From assembly GCA_964649705.1 (NCBI GenBank), contig CAZYRM010000005.1, positions 1,480-65,479 of the forward strand: a DNA stretch of 64,000 bases, written 5' to 3'. Of the stretch, positions 1-11,500 are shown piece after piece (the first letter of the stretch is position 1; every line of letters begins with the position of its first letter). A program made the position numbers and the translations under genes. The notes beneath the pieces were generated by a model. It had not been told where the DNA came from and did not search any database. It worked only from the letters and a program-made list of their open reading frames with translations. Origin of the DNA: an uncultured Planctomycetia bacterium. Lineage in GTDB: Bacteria; Planctomycetota; MHYJ01; WSZJ01; CAZYRM01.

Positions 1-850
1 GCGGAGGCCCACGAGCGCCTGGTTCTCCGGCTCCGCGCGCAGCGCCTCGTCGAGGGCGTAGCGCGCCTGCTTGAATTGCCCGGCCTCCAGGAGCCTCCGA
101 GCCGCCGTCAGGCGCTGGTCGTTCGCCTGCGAGACCATCCTCTGCTGCATCTCCGGGAACAGGCTGCGCGCGAACGCCTGGGCATGGCACTCGCAGCGGA
201 AGTCCGCCAGCTCGCAGGCCTCGGGCGCCAGGGCCGCGACCACGCGCTGAAGCGCGGATCGCTTGGCGAGGTAGTCGTCCACGCCGATGTTTGCGGAGAT
301 CAGGCCGGGAGCGAGCTGAACGGCGTAGACGAACTTGTCCGCATCGACCGGTACCGCCTGGATCCCCCATTCGAGCGGGTACGAGCGATCGATCTGCTTC
401 ATCTCGAGCGAGGTGTCCGGGTGGAGCTCCTTGCCCGCGACCGTCAGCGCGTCGACCACCCTCCCCGCCACGCGGCCGCTGGCCGCCCACTGCCACCGCG
501 GCGTGAGGACCCCCTCCTCGGCGAGCAGGTAGAGCGCGCAGGGGAGCTTTCCGATCGCGACGGAGTGCAGTTCGTGCGGCATGTGCGTGATGCCGCTCCA
601 CCGGACGACCAGGCGGATCGGGCCGGAAGAGGCGGAGTCGATCTCGAAGATCTGGATGGAGTCGATCCGCGAATGGATCTCGCCCGTGAGGTGGCCCTCG
701 AGCTCCTCCTTCATCGTCTCCGTGAGCCCCACGGCCTCGCCGAGCCGCTGAACCTGCACGTCCGCGATGGAGAGGCCGTGAGGCGACTTCGCGCAGGCCT
801 TCGCGACCGCCTCCTGCATCCCCTGGTGGGCCTTCTCCACTGCGCTCATG
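1..850 (-). CDS. Hypothetical protein, N-terminal part only (runs off the window at coordinate 1); ATG at 848-850 preceded by GGGAGGA
   Basis: Own translation of the minus strand from 850 downwards gives a clean, non-repetitive protein (MSAVEKAHQGMQEAVAKACAKSPHGLSIADVQ...) with a TPR-like C-terminal stretch. A strong Shine-Dalgarno sits 4 nt upstream. Partial ORFs are absent from the supplied track. Confidence 0.5.
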
Positions 851-880
851 GAATCCTCCCGGCAAGATGGGGGGCCGACA

Positions 881-2149
881 CTACCACTCGACGCCCAGTC
901 CGCGAGCGACCCCAATCGCGCTCGTCACCGCGTCCTCGTGCAGGCCGTAGCCGAAGTGGCTGCCGCAGTGCCATGTGTGCCTGACGCCGTTGAGGCTCGG
1001 CAGCTCTCGCTGCACCTTGCACGCCGCGAAGTCGAAGATCGGCGTGCGCAGCACCGTCTCGAACTCCGTCCGATCGGCCCGGATCGGGAAGTTCGGGTGC
1101 TGTGAGCTCACGTAGTCGCAGTCCTTGCGCACGCCCGGCTCGAACCACAGGCTCCCGTTCACCGAGGTGTCCATGCTTCCGTTCCGCTCGCGATAGAGGA
1201 ACGTGTAGGCCTGCATGAGCGGCCTCGGCGGGAACGCCGAGTGGTCCGTGTGCACCACGATCCGCCCGTCCTTGTAGCGCCACGCCCCGAGCACCTCCCG
1301 CTCCCGGTCCGTCGGCTCCGCGAGGAGCGCAAGCGCCTGGTCGGCGTTGCACGCCATGACCACCTCGTCGAACGCCCGTCGAGCCCCGTCCTCCATCAGG
1401 AGGTCCACGCCGTCCTCCCTGCGCAGCACGGTGCGGATCCGCGCGTTCAACTCGACACGGTCGCGGAACCCCGCCGCAAGCGCCTCCACGTACGTCCGCG
1501 TCCCCCCGTGGATGCACCTCACCGACCAGAAGGCCTTCGGCGAGATCACGTCGTGGTGCGTGCGGAGCTTCCCGATGAAGAACTCCGCGGGCGCCGCGAG
1601 CACCTCGTCGCAGGACATCGACGAGAGGAGGCAGAGCGCGCACAGGAACAGAAGCCTCGCCGCTGGCAAGGCCAGCTTGCTGGTCCCACGCATCTCGCTG
1701 ACTCCGGCGAGCGCCTCATCGAGCGTCTGCCCCGCGAGCTTCCCCGCGTCGAGGCGCCAGCGGAGCTTCGTGATCCCCTCGTTCAGGTCCCACAGGGAGC
1801 GGAGGGTCGAAGGCCCGAGCATCGCGAACCGCTGCGCCAGGAGCCCCGCGGGCGTCGGCGCGATGTACACGCCCCTCCCGGTGTCGAGGTCGTGGCAGCT
1901 CATGAACGACCCCGCGGAGATCCGCGGTACGACGCCGACCTGGTCGAGGAGCTTGTAGAAGTTCCTGTACCCCGCCCTGCCGAACGCCGCGACGGCGATG
2001 TCGACGGCATCTCCCTGCTTCGTGTCGATGGTATAGGCGTTCCCGCCAAGGCGGCCGGTCCGCTCGAACAGCGTGATCTCGTGCCGGCCGCGCAAGAGAT
2101 GCGCCGCCGTCATCCCAGCGATCCCGCCCCCGATGATCGCGACCTTCAT
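881..2149 (-). CDS. FAD/NAD(P)-binding oxidoreductase (amine-oxidase-like, COG2907-type)
   Basis: Internal ATG of ORF 881..2794 gives MKVAIIGGGIAGMTAAHLL, a Rossmann GxGxxG dinucleotide-binding N-terminus. The upstream 215 codons of the track ORF are R/P-rich junk. ATGA overlap with the gene upstream. Confidence 0.8.
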   Translation of the reverse strand: MKVAIIGGGIAGMTAAHLLRGRHEITLFERTGRLGGNAYTIDTKQGDAVDIAVAAFGRAGYRNFYKLLDQVGVVPRISAGSFMSCHDLDTGRGVYIAPTPAGLLAQRFAMLGPSTLRSLWDLNEGITKLRWRLDAGKLAGQTLDEALAGVSEMRGTSKLALPAARLLFLCALCLLSSMSCDEVLAAPAEFFIGKLRTHHDVISPKAFWSVRCIHGGTRTYVEALAAGFRDRVELNARIRTVLRREDGVDLLMEDGARRAFDEVVMACNADQALALLAEPTDREREVLGAWRYKDGRIVVHTDHSAFPPRPLMQAYTFLYRERNGSMDTSVNGSLWFEPGVRKDCDYVSSQHPNFPIRADRTEFETVLRTPIFDFAACKVQRELPSLNGVRHTWHCGSHFGYGLHEDAVTSAIGVARGLGVEW

Positions 2150-2904
2150 GACACCATCTCCGGACGGAACAGGATGGCCTCGCAGCGGGGCGCGTAGAGA
2201 TAGCCGATCTGCATCCCAAGCCGCAACGAGCGGTACGGCGCCGCCCGAGGACCCTGCCCGGGCTCGACGGTCATCCTCCGGGACAGCATCGACGACGCCC
2301 ACGCCCCGAGGCGCACTCGCATCACCGCGTGGAGGGTCCCGCCATCCTTGCGCGGATACGACTCCAGGGAGATCTCTTTGGCAGCCTCCCGCGTGGGAAC
2401 CCTCTCCCCCGCGACGCGCAGGACAACGTCGTCCCCCTCGCGCACCGTGCAGACCCGATGATCCCCCTCCTCCGCGAAGTCGATCCGCGCGAGCCACTTC
2501 GGGAAGCCGAGGATGTCGATCCCGCCGTGGACGGCCGCCACGGTCGTCACGGGGAGGTCCGCCACGAAGGCCCGGTACCGGCCGCCGAGCTCGGCCCCGA
2601 GGAGGTGCGCCCAGCTCGACCACGCGCGGCGCCCGTGCGCGACGGCGATCGACAGCGACACCTCGTTGTACGGCCCGATGTCGGTGTCGGCGTACTCCAG
2701 GCAGTGGATCGCCGCGACGCCGCGGCCGGGGAGGAGGCGGAGAGGATGGTGCAGGGGGGTGGGCATCAGCGCCCGCGCCGCGGCGAGGTCGCACGTAAAG
2801 ACGCCGCCCATCATCCTGACGTCGCGGAAGAACATCGGGGCCTTCCCCGTGAACCCGTGGAAGGTGATGGGCTCCTGCGCGATCCCCTCGAAGAAGGCGC
2901 TCAT
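2146..2904 (-). CDS. Hypothetical protein (252 aa), sandwiched in the SDR/oxidoreductase operon
   Basis: Start MSAFFEGIAQEPITFHGF inside ORF 2146..3891. 4-bp ATGA overlaps with both neighbours. No domain recognised with confidence. Confidence 0.6.
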   Translation of the reverse strand: MSAFFEGIAQEPITFHGFTGKAPMFFRDVRMMGGVFTCDLAAARALMPTPLHHPLRLLPGRGVAAIHCLEYADTDIGPYNEVSLSIAVAHGRRAWSSWAHLLGAELGGRYRAFVADLPVTTVAAVHGGIDILGFPKWLARIDFAEEGDHRVCTVREGDDVVLRVAGERVPTREAAKEISLESYPRKDGGTLHAVMRVRLGAWASSMLSRRMTVEPGQGPRAAPYRSLRLGMQIGYLYAPRCEAILFRPEMVS

Positions 2905-3755
2905 GCGTCGAGCACCCCGTCGCGCTGCAGCTTCCGGTAGAGCTTCCTCACGATGAACTCGGTCAGGCAGGGGAAGAACCGGTGCATGGTGTGGAGCACC
3001 CAGGCGTCGGGGTTGACCAGAACGAGGCGCTTCCGCTTGACGATCGCCCGCACGATCGCGCGGGAGGCCCGCTCGGGCGAGGCCCCCAGCCGGTGGAGCT
3101 GTGCGTCCATCTCGCCCCGACGCCGCTCCGCGTCGGCCTCCTCGCGCCCCGCGACGCCGGACCGCGCGACGATCGCGGTGCGGACGAGCGTCGGGCAGAC
3201 CGCGCAGACGCCCGCGCGGCCCGCGAGCTCGATGCGGAGTGCCTGGGAGAAACCCACGACGCCGAACTTCGAGGCGGCGTAGGCCGCCATGCCAGGCGCC
3301 CCGAAGAGGCCCGCGGCGCTCGCGACATTGACGATGAAGGCGCGCGGGCTCGCGAGGAGCCTCGGGAGGAGGGCTCGCGTCGTCCGGACAGTCCCGAGGA
3401 GGTTGATGCCGACGATGCGCTCGACCTCCTCGATCGGCGTGCGTTCGAAGGGGCCCAGGCAGAGCACGCCGGCGCAGTTGACGAGGACGTCGAGCGGGCC
3501 ATCCCCCACCGCGGCGGCGAGCGCGCGAACTGAGTCCTCGGAGGCAACATCGACGACGTGCGCCGTGAGCAGACGGCCCTCGGGCGGAGCCGCGCGCCTC
3601 AGCTCTTCCTCGATCGAGGCGAGTCCCGCCGCGTCGCGGTCGGCAAGGCGCACCGAGCACCCCTCCCGCACCCAGAGGTCGGTGCAGAGCTGGCGGCCAA
3701 TCCCCGAGGCGGCGCCGGTGACGAGGACGATGAGTCCTTGAAGAGGGCCAGGCAT
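2901..3755 (-). CDS. Short-chain dehydrogenase/reductase (SDR) family oxidoreductase
   Basis: TGAASGIG cofactor motif, NCAG, catalytic YAASK (YxxxK). Confidence 0.85.
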   Translation of the reverse strand: MPGPLQGLIVLVTGAASGIGRQLCTDLWVREGCSVRLADRDAAGLASIEEELRRAAPPEGRLLTAHVVDVASEDSVRALAAAVGDGPLDVLVNCAGVLCLGPFERTPIEEVERIVGINLLGTVRTTRALLPRLLASPRAFIVNVASAAGLFGAPGMAAYAASKFGVVGFSQALRIELAGRAGVCAVCPTLVRTAIVARSGVAGREEADAERRRGEMDAQLHRLGASPERASRAIVRAIVKRKRLVLVNPDAWVLHTMHRFFPCLTEFIVRKLYRKLQRDGVLDA

Positions 3756-3832
3756 CGCGTGGATCCGTCGGACCGCGGGGGAGGCGTTCTAACACGACCC
3801 TCCCCCACGTGTCGACGAATCGCACCAGGAGG

Positions 3833-5320
3833 CTACTCCCCGTGCCACCACGCCTTGAGATACGCGTACTTCGCGCGCCAGGAGTGGCCAAGCTTCAAAA
3901 GGCAATCGCCCTTGTACTGCCAGATGCGGGCGTCCCCCGGCTCCTCCGCGAGGTCCCGCTCGTAGCAGCCGAGGGCCTTCGCGAAGCTCACCTGCGCCTC
4001 GAAGCCGCGCCCCAACAGGTCGAGGCTCCGACTGCGCGTGTACCAGGCCTCTCCCAGCCCGGCGTCCCTCGCGACCGCCTGTTCCAGGAGCCCCAGCGCC
4101 TCCTCGTGCCGCCCGAGGCTGTTCAAGCACGCGGCTTGGTTCACCAGGAGCACGTGGAAGTCCGAGTTCGCCTCGTACGCCTGCTTGTAGCACCGCAGGG
4201 CCTTCTCGAACTCCCCTTCCTCGTAGTAGGCGTCCCCCTGCGCGTGGAGGTCCAGGAGGGTCCCGAGGGCCTGCGTGAACTCCTCGACCTCCGCATCTTC
4301 CTCCTCGCTCCGGGCGGCCGCCGGCGCGCCGGGCTGCTCCGGCGGGAGCGAGAGGAGCATCTCGAGCGAGGCGACCTTCCCCGCGTCCTCGGGCCCGGCG
4401 ACCGCCTTCAGGCGCCGCGCCACGCCCTCCGCCTCCGGCTCCCGTCCCATGTTCGCGAGCGTGCGCCCCTTCCCGAAGAGCGCGTTCACGCACTTGGCGT
4501 CGATCCCAAGCGCCTTGTCGAACCCACGCAGCGCCTCCGTGTACTTCTTCCTCATGAACTGGATCTCGGCGAGGTTGCTCCAGTTGTACGAGTTGTCGGG
4601 GGCCAGGGTGACTGCGCGCTCGAGGCAGGTGTGCGCCTCGTCGAGCCGCCCGAGCCCGGCGAGGCAGTTCCCCTTCATGCTCCATAGGTTGAAGAGATCG
4701 GCGAACTCGAGCTCGGCCCGCTCGAACGAACGGACCGCCTCCTCCATGCGCCCGAGCGAGGCGAGCACGTTCCCCTTCCCCATGTGCGCGGCCCCCATGT
4801 TGCGGTCGAGGGAGATCGCGCGGTCGTACGACTCGATGGCCTCCTCGCACCGTTCCAGCGCGTGGAGGCTGTTCCCGCGGTTCGACCAGAGGACCGCGTC
4901 CTCGGGAAGGACCAGGGCGGCGGCCTCGTAGCACTTCAGCGCCTCCTCGTGCCTCCCCGCGTCGTCGAGGATCCGCCCGCGGTTGATCCAGGAGCTCCCG
5001 ACGTCCGGGTCGCGGCGGCAGGCGACCTCGTAGTCGCGCAGCGCGGCCTCGGTCGAGCCGAGCGCCTCGTAGTACACGCCACGGTTGTAGAAGGCCATCC
5101 CGGAGGTGCCGTCGATCTCGATCGCCTTCGAGCAGCACCGGACCGCTGAGAGGAAGTCCTCGTTCCGGGCGTGCACCAGGCCCCTGGACACCCAGGCTCG
5201 ATAGCACTTCGGGTCCGCGTCGATCGCCTTCTGGTACGCCGCAGCGGCCTGATCGAGGTCGCCGTCCTCCAGGAACTCGTCCCCCTGCTCGCAGAAGAAC
5301 TCAATCTGCTCCACGACCAT
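3833..5320 (-). CDS. TPR-repeat protein
   Basis: Multiple 34-aa TPR-like repeats (W..RG..L...G...EAL..YE.A). Start chosen at MVVEQIEFF, 8 nt downstream of GGGAGG. Confidence 0.75.
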   Translation of the reverse strand: MVVEQIEFFCEQGDEFLEDGDLDQAAAAYQKAIDADPKCYRAWVSRGLVHARNEDFLSAVRCCSKAIEIDGTSGMAFYNRGVYYEALGSTEAALRDYEVACRRDPDVGSSWINRGRILDDAGRHEEALKCYEAAALVLPEDAVLWSNRGNSLHALERCEEAIESYDRAISLDRNMGAAHMGKGNVLASLGRMEEAVRSFERAELEFADLFNLWSMKGNCLAGLGRLDEAHTCLERAVTLAPDNSYNWSNLAEIQFMRKKYTEALRGFDKALGIDAKCVNALFGKGRTLANMGREPEAEGVARRLKAVAGPEDAGKVASLEMLLSLPPEQPGAPAAARSEEEDAEVEEFTQALGTLLDLHAQGDAYYEEGEFEKALRCYKQAYEANSDFHVLLVNQAACLNSLGRHEEALGLLEQAVARDAGLGEAWYTRSRSLDLLGRGFEAQVSFAKALGCYERDLAEEPGDARIWQYKGDCLLKLGHSWRAKYAYLKAWWHGE

Positions 5321-5500
5321 GTTTGCACCTCCCTGGCACACGAACGTGCCTGGGAGCGGCAAGGGAAGGGCCAGGGAGCGCGATCTTCGGGATGACGCAA
5401 CTCACTGCCCCGCAAGGCGCTCAACGCCCGAGGGGTGCGCCCCGACGAGGAGGCGAGCATTGCAAAACGCCAGTGTCGGGCGATCCGCCAGGGGGGAGCC

Positions 5501-8500
5501 CTACCTGAGGCGCTTCTGCAATTCCGCCCATCGCGTGTCGTCGTGGAGGGGGGCCAGGTCGGCGTCGGAGGCGAACTGCGCGGCGTCGGTGAACCCCAGG
5601 TCGACCGTCGACTGCAGCCGTTCGAAGGCCATGTCGCGGAGGCGCGCCGCCTCTTCAGGTGGGACCGCGATGAGCTTCGAACCCGGCCGCGACCGCCCGA
5701 GCGAGAGGGAGACGTACACGCACGCCAGGTTGTAGTGCGCCTCCGCCAGGCTGAAACGCGCCGACGGGTCCGACGGCATCCCCGCACCTGCGATCGCCGC
5801 CTCGTACTCCGCGCGCGCGGCGACATAGTCCCCTCGAATCGCGGCTTCGGACCCCCGACCGATCCGGTCGATCCAGGCGTCGCCCGGCTGCGCGTCGCGC
5901 CGACGGCGCGTCTTCTCGAGGAGCGACGCGACCTGCGCACGCGCCGGCCAGTCCGCGGGCGCGACGACGAGGGCGCGCTCGAGATCGGACACGGCGCCTT
6001 CGAGCTCACCGAGCGAGGCGCGGATCGCGCCGCGGTTGGCGAGCGCCTCCATACGGTTCGGGTCGATGGCGATCGCGGAGTCGAAGTCGGCGAGCGCGCC
6101 GGCGCCGTCTCCCCTCGCCATCCGCACGACGCCGCGGTTCACGTGGGCCTGCGCGTTCCGACCGTCGAGCGCGAGGCACCGGTCGTAGTCCTCCTCCGCC
6201 CCCTTCGCGTCTCCCTTCCCCCGCCTGGCGTCGCCGCGCATGTGGTAGCCGTCCGCGGACTCCGGCTCGAGGGCGACCACCTGGTCGAGGTCCGCGATCG
6301 CGCCCTCCCAATCCCCGGCCTGCAAGCGCGCGCTGCCGCGGTTGAAAAGGGCAAACGGTTCCCCAGGCTGAATCCCGAGCGCCTCACCGAAGTCGGAGAT
6401 CGCCCCCTCCATGTCGCCGCAGGTCATCCTGCAGGCCCCGCGGATGTTGTGGTACTCCGCGCTCCGCGGTCGGAGGGCGATGGCGCGATCGTAGTCGGCG
6501 AGCGCGCCCGCCAGGTCCCCCTTCGCGCGGAGCACGTTTCCGCGGTTCACCCTCGCGCCGACGCACTCCGGGTCGATCGCGAGGGCCCGGTCGCAGTCCT
6601 CCAGCGCGCCGTCCAGGTCGTGGAGGTTCTGTCGCGCGACCCCCCGGTTGATCAGCGCGTTCACGTAGCGGGGGTGGATCTCGATCACCCGATTGAGCAG
6701 GTCGACGGCCCCGGCGGCGTCGCCCGCGCGCTGCCGGTCCATCGCCGCGAGGAACAGCGCCAGCCAACTGTGCGGACAGGCCTCGATCGCCTGGTCCAGA
6801 ACCTCACGGCGATGCTCCTCTTCCAGCCGCATGGCGGAGAGGATGAGGAACCACTCGAACCCCTCCGTGCCGACGTACTTCTTCCCGTCCTCGACCTCCT
6901 TGCCGAAGGCGCGCCCGTCCCGCCGCACGTACGCGCGCGCGAGACGGAGGACCGCCTGGGAGACCGGCTCCTCGCGCGCGAACGGCAGCGCCGCCGCCCG
7001 ATCGAGGTCCTGCTCGGCCCGGACGAGCAGCTCGGACGCGAACTCCGCGTTCTCTTGCGAGGTGGCGCCCGGACGGAGGACGGCATTCGTCGCGATGGCG
7101 GTCTCCAGGTGGAGCATGCCGAGCTGGAAGTGCGCGCGGGCGAGCTTCGGATCCAGGCGGACCGCCTCCCTCCAGCACGCCTCCGCCTTGTCCTCCCAGC
7201 CGAGGAGCCGCCACGCCCGCCCGAGCAGGTAGTGCCCAAGCGCCACGTGAGGCGCCCTCGCGACCGCCCGCTCGATGAGCGCCTTCGACTCGAGGACGCG
7301 CCGTTCGAGCTCCGCGTAGCTCGCCTCCTTCCGATAGAGGTACCGCGCCGCCTCGTCGAGCGGGACGCGCCCTTCCTCCAGGAGCCGTGAGGCCTCCTCT
7401 TCCGCCTGCTGCCGCGTTCGGGTCACCTCGGCTTCCCGGGCCCGCTCAGACGACTGAACGCCTCCCCAGACGACGGCCCCTGCCGCGAGCGCGGCCGCGA
7501 GCGACACCGTGGCCAGCACGCGCGGCCTCCGCGAGGCCCTCCGCCACAGCCTCTGGAGCGAGGACGCCGGGCGCGCGAGGATGGCCTCCCCGTCGAGGTA
7601 GCGTCCGAGGTCCGCGGAGAGCTCCCGCATCGATCCATACCGACGGGAGGGGTCCTTCTCCAGCGCCTTGAGGCAGATCGCCTCGATGTCGCGGTGCAAC
7701 CCGCGCCGCAGCCGGGCGGGGGGCGGAGGCTCCTCCTCGACGATAGCGTTCAGGAGGTCCCGGAGCGTGTCCCCCTCGAACGGCAGCCGATCCGTCAGGA
7801 GCTGGAAGAGGACGACCCCGATGGAGAACTGGTCCGTGGCGGGGCCGACCGCGTCGTTGCGCCCGGTCGCCTGCTCCGGGCTCATGTACGTCGGCGTTCC
7901 GAGGAGGTCTCCGCTCAGGGTCAGTCCCGCGCCGGCCGGCTGCTCCACTTCCCGGGCGAGGCCGAAGTCCATGACGTGAGGGTTTCCCGCGGCGTCGATC
8001 AACACGTTCGCGGGCTTGATGTCCCGGTGGATCACGCCCTGCTCGTGGGCGTGGGCGAGCGCCTCGGCGATCGACCTCACGAGGGCCGCGGCCTTCGCGG
8101 GGACGATCGGCGACCGCATGACGACGTCGAGCGGGGTCCCCTCGACGTAGTCGCACGTCAGGTAGTGCTGCCCCTCGAAGACGTCGACGTCGTAGACCTT
8201 GACGATCCCCGGATGGGACAGCTTCGCGGCGAGCCGTGCCTCCCTCAGGAAGCGGTCCACGCGGACCGAGTCCGCGGCGCCGCGCGAGAGGATCTGCTTC
8301 AGCGCCACGACGCGGCTGAGGCGGGTGTCCCACGCGCGATAGACGACGCCCATCCCACCCTGCCCCAGCTCGTCGAGGAGGCGGTAGCGCCCGAACGGCC
8401 TCCCCGCCTCCCCTGGAGGCCCACCGGACGCCGCGGGATGGGATGCCGTGCCCTCGCCGCGCACCTGCGTGTCGCCGAGGCCGGCGTCGCCGGGCGTGGC

Positions 8501-8551
8501 GCCGGGGCGCATCGTGGTCGGATCGGATGGCGATGGCTCGGTCATGCGCAT
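5501..8551 (-). CDS. Ser/Thr protein kinase with C-terminal TPR domain
   Basis: Hanks kinase motifs: GQGGMGVVYRAWD, VALK, HRDIKPANVL, DFGLA, SPEQ. Followed by a TM segment and TPR repeats. Confidence 0.85.
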   Translation of the reverse strand: MRMTEPSPSDPTTMRPGATPGDAGLGDTQVRGEGTASHPAASGGPPGEAGRPFGRYRLLDELGQGGMGVVYRAWDTRLSRVVALKQILSRGAADSVRVDRFLREARLAAKLSHPGIVKVYDVDVFEGQHYLTCDYVEGTPLDVVMRSPIVPAKAAALVRSIAEALAHAHEQGVIHRDIKPANVLIDAAGNPHVMDFGLAREVEQPAGAGLTLSGDLLGTPTYMSPEQATGRNDAVGPATDQFSIGVVLFQLLTDRLPFEGDTLRDLLNAIVEEEPPPPARLRRGLHRDIEAICLKALEKDPSRRYGSMRELSADLGRYLDGEAILARPASSLQRLWRRASRRPRVLATVSLAAALAAGAVVWGGVQSSERAREAEVTRTRQQAEEEASRLLEEGRVPLDEAARYLYRKEASYAELERRVLESKALIERAVARAPHVALGHYLLGRAWRLLGWEDKAEACWREAVRLDPKLARAHFQLGMLHLETAIATNAVLRPGATSQENAEFASELLVRAEQDLDRAAALPFAREEPVSQAVLRLARAYVRRDGRAFGKEVEDGKKYVGTEGFEWFLILSAMRLEEEHRREVLDQAIEACPHSWLALFLAAMDRQRAGDAAGAVDLLNRVIEIHPRYVNALINRGVARQNLHDLDGALEDCDRALAIDPECVGARVNRGNVLRAKGDLAGALADYDRAIALRPRSAEYHNIRGACRMTCGDMEGAISDFGEALGIQPGEPFALFNRGSARLQAGDWEGAIADLDQVVALEPESADGYHMRGDARRGKGDAKGAEEDYDRCLALDGRNAQAHVNRGVVRMARGDGAGALADFDSAIAIDPNRMEALANRGAIRASLGELEGAVSDLERALVVAPADWPARAQVASLLEKTRRRRDAQPGDAWIDRIGRGSEAAIRGDYVAARAEYEAAIAGAGMPSDPSARFSLAEAHYNLACVYVSLSLGRSRPGSKLIAVPPEEAARLRDMAFERLQSTVDLGFTDAAQFASDADLAPLHDDTRWAELQKRLR

Positions 8552-8565
8552 CCCCCAGCGAGGGC

Positions 8566-11500
8566 CTATCGACCTCGACGCAGCTCCGCGAGCGACTTCT
8601 CGACCTCACCACGGAAGGCCCAGCCCGCGGGGGCCACCTCCAGGGCCTTCTCCAGGCTCTTCCGAGCCCCCTCGCGGTCGCCGAGGGCGAGGAGCGCCAT
8701 GCCGCGGTCGGCGTTCGCCTCGGGAGAGTCGGGCGCGGCCTCGCAGGCCGCCTCGTAATCCGCCAGGGCCCCGCGCAGGTCGTTGAGCGCGGCCTTCGCG
8801 TTGCCGCGCCAGATCAGCGCGACCGCGTTTCGAGGGTCCTTCGCCAGCACCGCGTCGAGGTCGGACTTCGCACCGTCGTTGTCTCCGGCCCCCGCCCGCA
8901 GCGTCCCGCGCGTCACGCGGACCTCCAGGTCCTCCGGCGCCCGTTTCACCGCCTCGTCGCAGTCCGCCAAGGCGCCTGGCGCGTCCCCCGCCTGCGAGCG
9001 GACGATGGCGCGGTTCCTCCACGCCTCCACCCAGGAGGGGTCGACGCGGATCGCCTCGTCGAGGTCGGCCCTCGCCCCCGCGATGTCCCCCTTCATCGAC
9101 TTGACGCCGCCTCGGCTCGCGAGGGCCATCGCGCTCGATGGCCGCAGACGCGCCGCTTCATCGAGGTCCGAGAGGGCGCCGTCGAAGTCCCCCTCCCGCG
9201 CGCGCAGCGCCCCGCGGTTGTACCACGCGTCGAAGATCGACGGGTCGCGCTCGATCGCCGCCGTGAAGTCCGCCCGGGCCCTCGCGTGGTCCCCGAGCTT
9301 CAGCCACACCGATCCGCGGTTGTAGCGCGCCGGGCCGAACTCAGGGTCGCACTCGATCGCACGGTCGTAGTCGGCCAGCGCCCGCTTCAGCTCGCCGCGT
9401 TCGACGTGGATCCGCGCCCTCCCCGCGAGCGCGACCGCGTCCCTCGGGTCGAGGACGATCGCGGCCTCAAAGTCGGCGAGGGCGCCCTCCAGCTCGTTCC
9501 GCTCCACCCTGACGCAGCCTCGATTCACCAGCCCCTTGACGCTCCGCGGGTCGAGACGGAGGGCGGTCTCGCAGTCGGCCAGGGCCTTGCCGAGGTCCCC
9601 CTTTTCCCGCCACGAGTCCGCGCGGTTCGCGTAGGCGTCGACGCACCCCGGGTTGGACTCGATCGCCGCGGTAAAGTCGGCGATGGCACCGTCGTGGTCC
9701 TTCCTGAGAGACCGCACGTACCCGCGGTTCACGAAGGCGACGGCGTGCCGCGGGTCGATGGAGAGGGCCGCCTCGTAGTCGGCCAGCGCCCCGGCTTGGT
9801 CCGCCCTGTCCAGCTTCACGTTCCCCCGGTTCGCGTACGCGGTCGCGAAGCGCGGGGAGACGCGGATCGCCTCGTCGTAGTCGGCCAGGGCGGCCCCCTT
9901 GTCGCCGGCCAGGTGCTTCGTGAGCGCGCGGCAGAAGAGCGCGAGGGCGAACTTGGGCCGGATCGCGATCGCCTGGTCGAACGAGTCGTCGGGCCCGAGC
10001 CCCGTGCGCGACAGGCCGCGGAGCCAGTAGAGGTCCTCTCGCCCCGCCGAGCGGGCGTAGGCGCGGAGCCCCTCCTCGCAGAGCTTCGCCGCCGCGACGT
10101 GGTCCCCTCCCGTGTAGGCGGCCATCGCGCGCGCGAACTGCCGTTGCACGTCGTCATCGAAGCCGCCCCCGTCGGCCAGGGCCGCCTGGGCCTCCTCCGC
10201 CGCAAGCTTCGCCCACCTCTGCGCCCCCGGCGAGCTCCAGTTCATCTCGGGCCTCGACGCCCCGAGCGTCGCGAGGAAGGCCCGTTCCAGGCAGATCCGC
10301 GCGAGACGGTAGTGCGCCGGCCCGAAGCGGGGGTCGATCGAGAGGGCCCGGCGATAGGACGCCTCGGCGCGGTCGTCCCAGCCGCGGACCTCCCAGCCGA
10401 CGCCCATCAGGTAGTGGGCGGGAGCGAGGTCCGGGCAGAGGTCGATCGCCTTCCCGATCCAGCCCTGCGCGGTCTCCACCCGCGCGAGGAGGTCGGCGAC
10501 GCTCGCCTCCTTGTCGTAGAAGGTCGGCTGCACCTGCGCGTACGCGGCGCGGGCCTGCTCGACCAGTGTGAGGGCCTCCGCCTGCCTGCGCTCGCGCCCC
10601 TCGGCGGCGCGGCGGTCGGCGTCGGCCTGCTCGGCCAGCCGCGCCTGCGCGCCGCGGTCGTGGAGCGCGTACCACAGGCCCCCCGCGAGCACGACGGCGA
10701 TGGCGGCGGGGATCAGGACGGCGCGGCGCTTGGACGCCTTGCGCAGGACCCGCTCGACCCACCCCACGGGGCGCGAGAGGATCGGCTCGCCGTCGATCCA
10801 GCGGCGCAGCTCGGCGGCGAGCTCGGCGCCGTCGGCGAAGCGGCGCGCGGGGACCTTCTCGAGGCAGCGCATGGTGATCGTCTCGAGGTCGCGGTGGACG
10901 CGCTCGTTGGCGCGGCTCGGCGGCGCGGGGTCCTGGGAGAGGACGGCGAGGATGGCCTCGAGCCCCTCCCCCTCGAACGGGAGCCTCCCGGTGAGGGCGT
11001 GATAGAGGACGATGCCGAAGCTGAAGACGTCGCTCCGCGGGCCGACCAGGTCGCGTCCGCCGCCGGCCTGCTCGGGGGACATGTAGCGCGGCGTCCCGAG
11101 CACGGCGCCGCTCACGGTGAGGTCCTGGCCGAGATCGGTCGCGGAGAGCTCCTTGGCGAGGCCGAAGTCCATGAGCATGGCCCGGCCGCGGGAGTCGACC
11201 ATGACGTTGGAGGGCTTCACGTCGCGGTGGACGACGCCCTGGGCGTGGGCGTAGCCGAGGGCCTCGGCGACCTGTGCGAGGACCTCGACGCGGCGGCGGA
11301 GGGGGAAGGAGGCCCAGGAGGGGTCGCCGCGGAGGCACTCCTCGAGCGGCCTCCCTTCGACGAGGTCCATGGTGAAGTACGGGCGCCCCTCGCTCTCGCC
11401 GACGTCGTGGATGGCGACGATGCCAGGGTGGTGCAGGCGCGCGGCGGAACGCGCCTCGCGGAGCAGGCGGACGGCGGCCTTGTCGTCGAGGAGGCCCCCG

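Noticed and set aside
76-984. 302-aa plus-strand ORF at the window start
   Set aside because: R/P/G-rich low-complexity translation, antisense to a well-formed minus-strand gene (1..850) with a strong SD; typical high-GC frame artefact.
2329-3550. Several 150-200-aa plus-strand ORFs across the SDR / oxidoreductase operon
   Set aside because: All antisense to domain-bearing minus-strand genes and compositionally biased.
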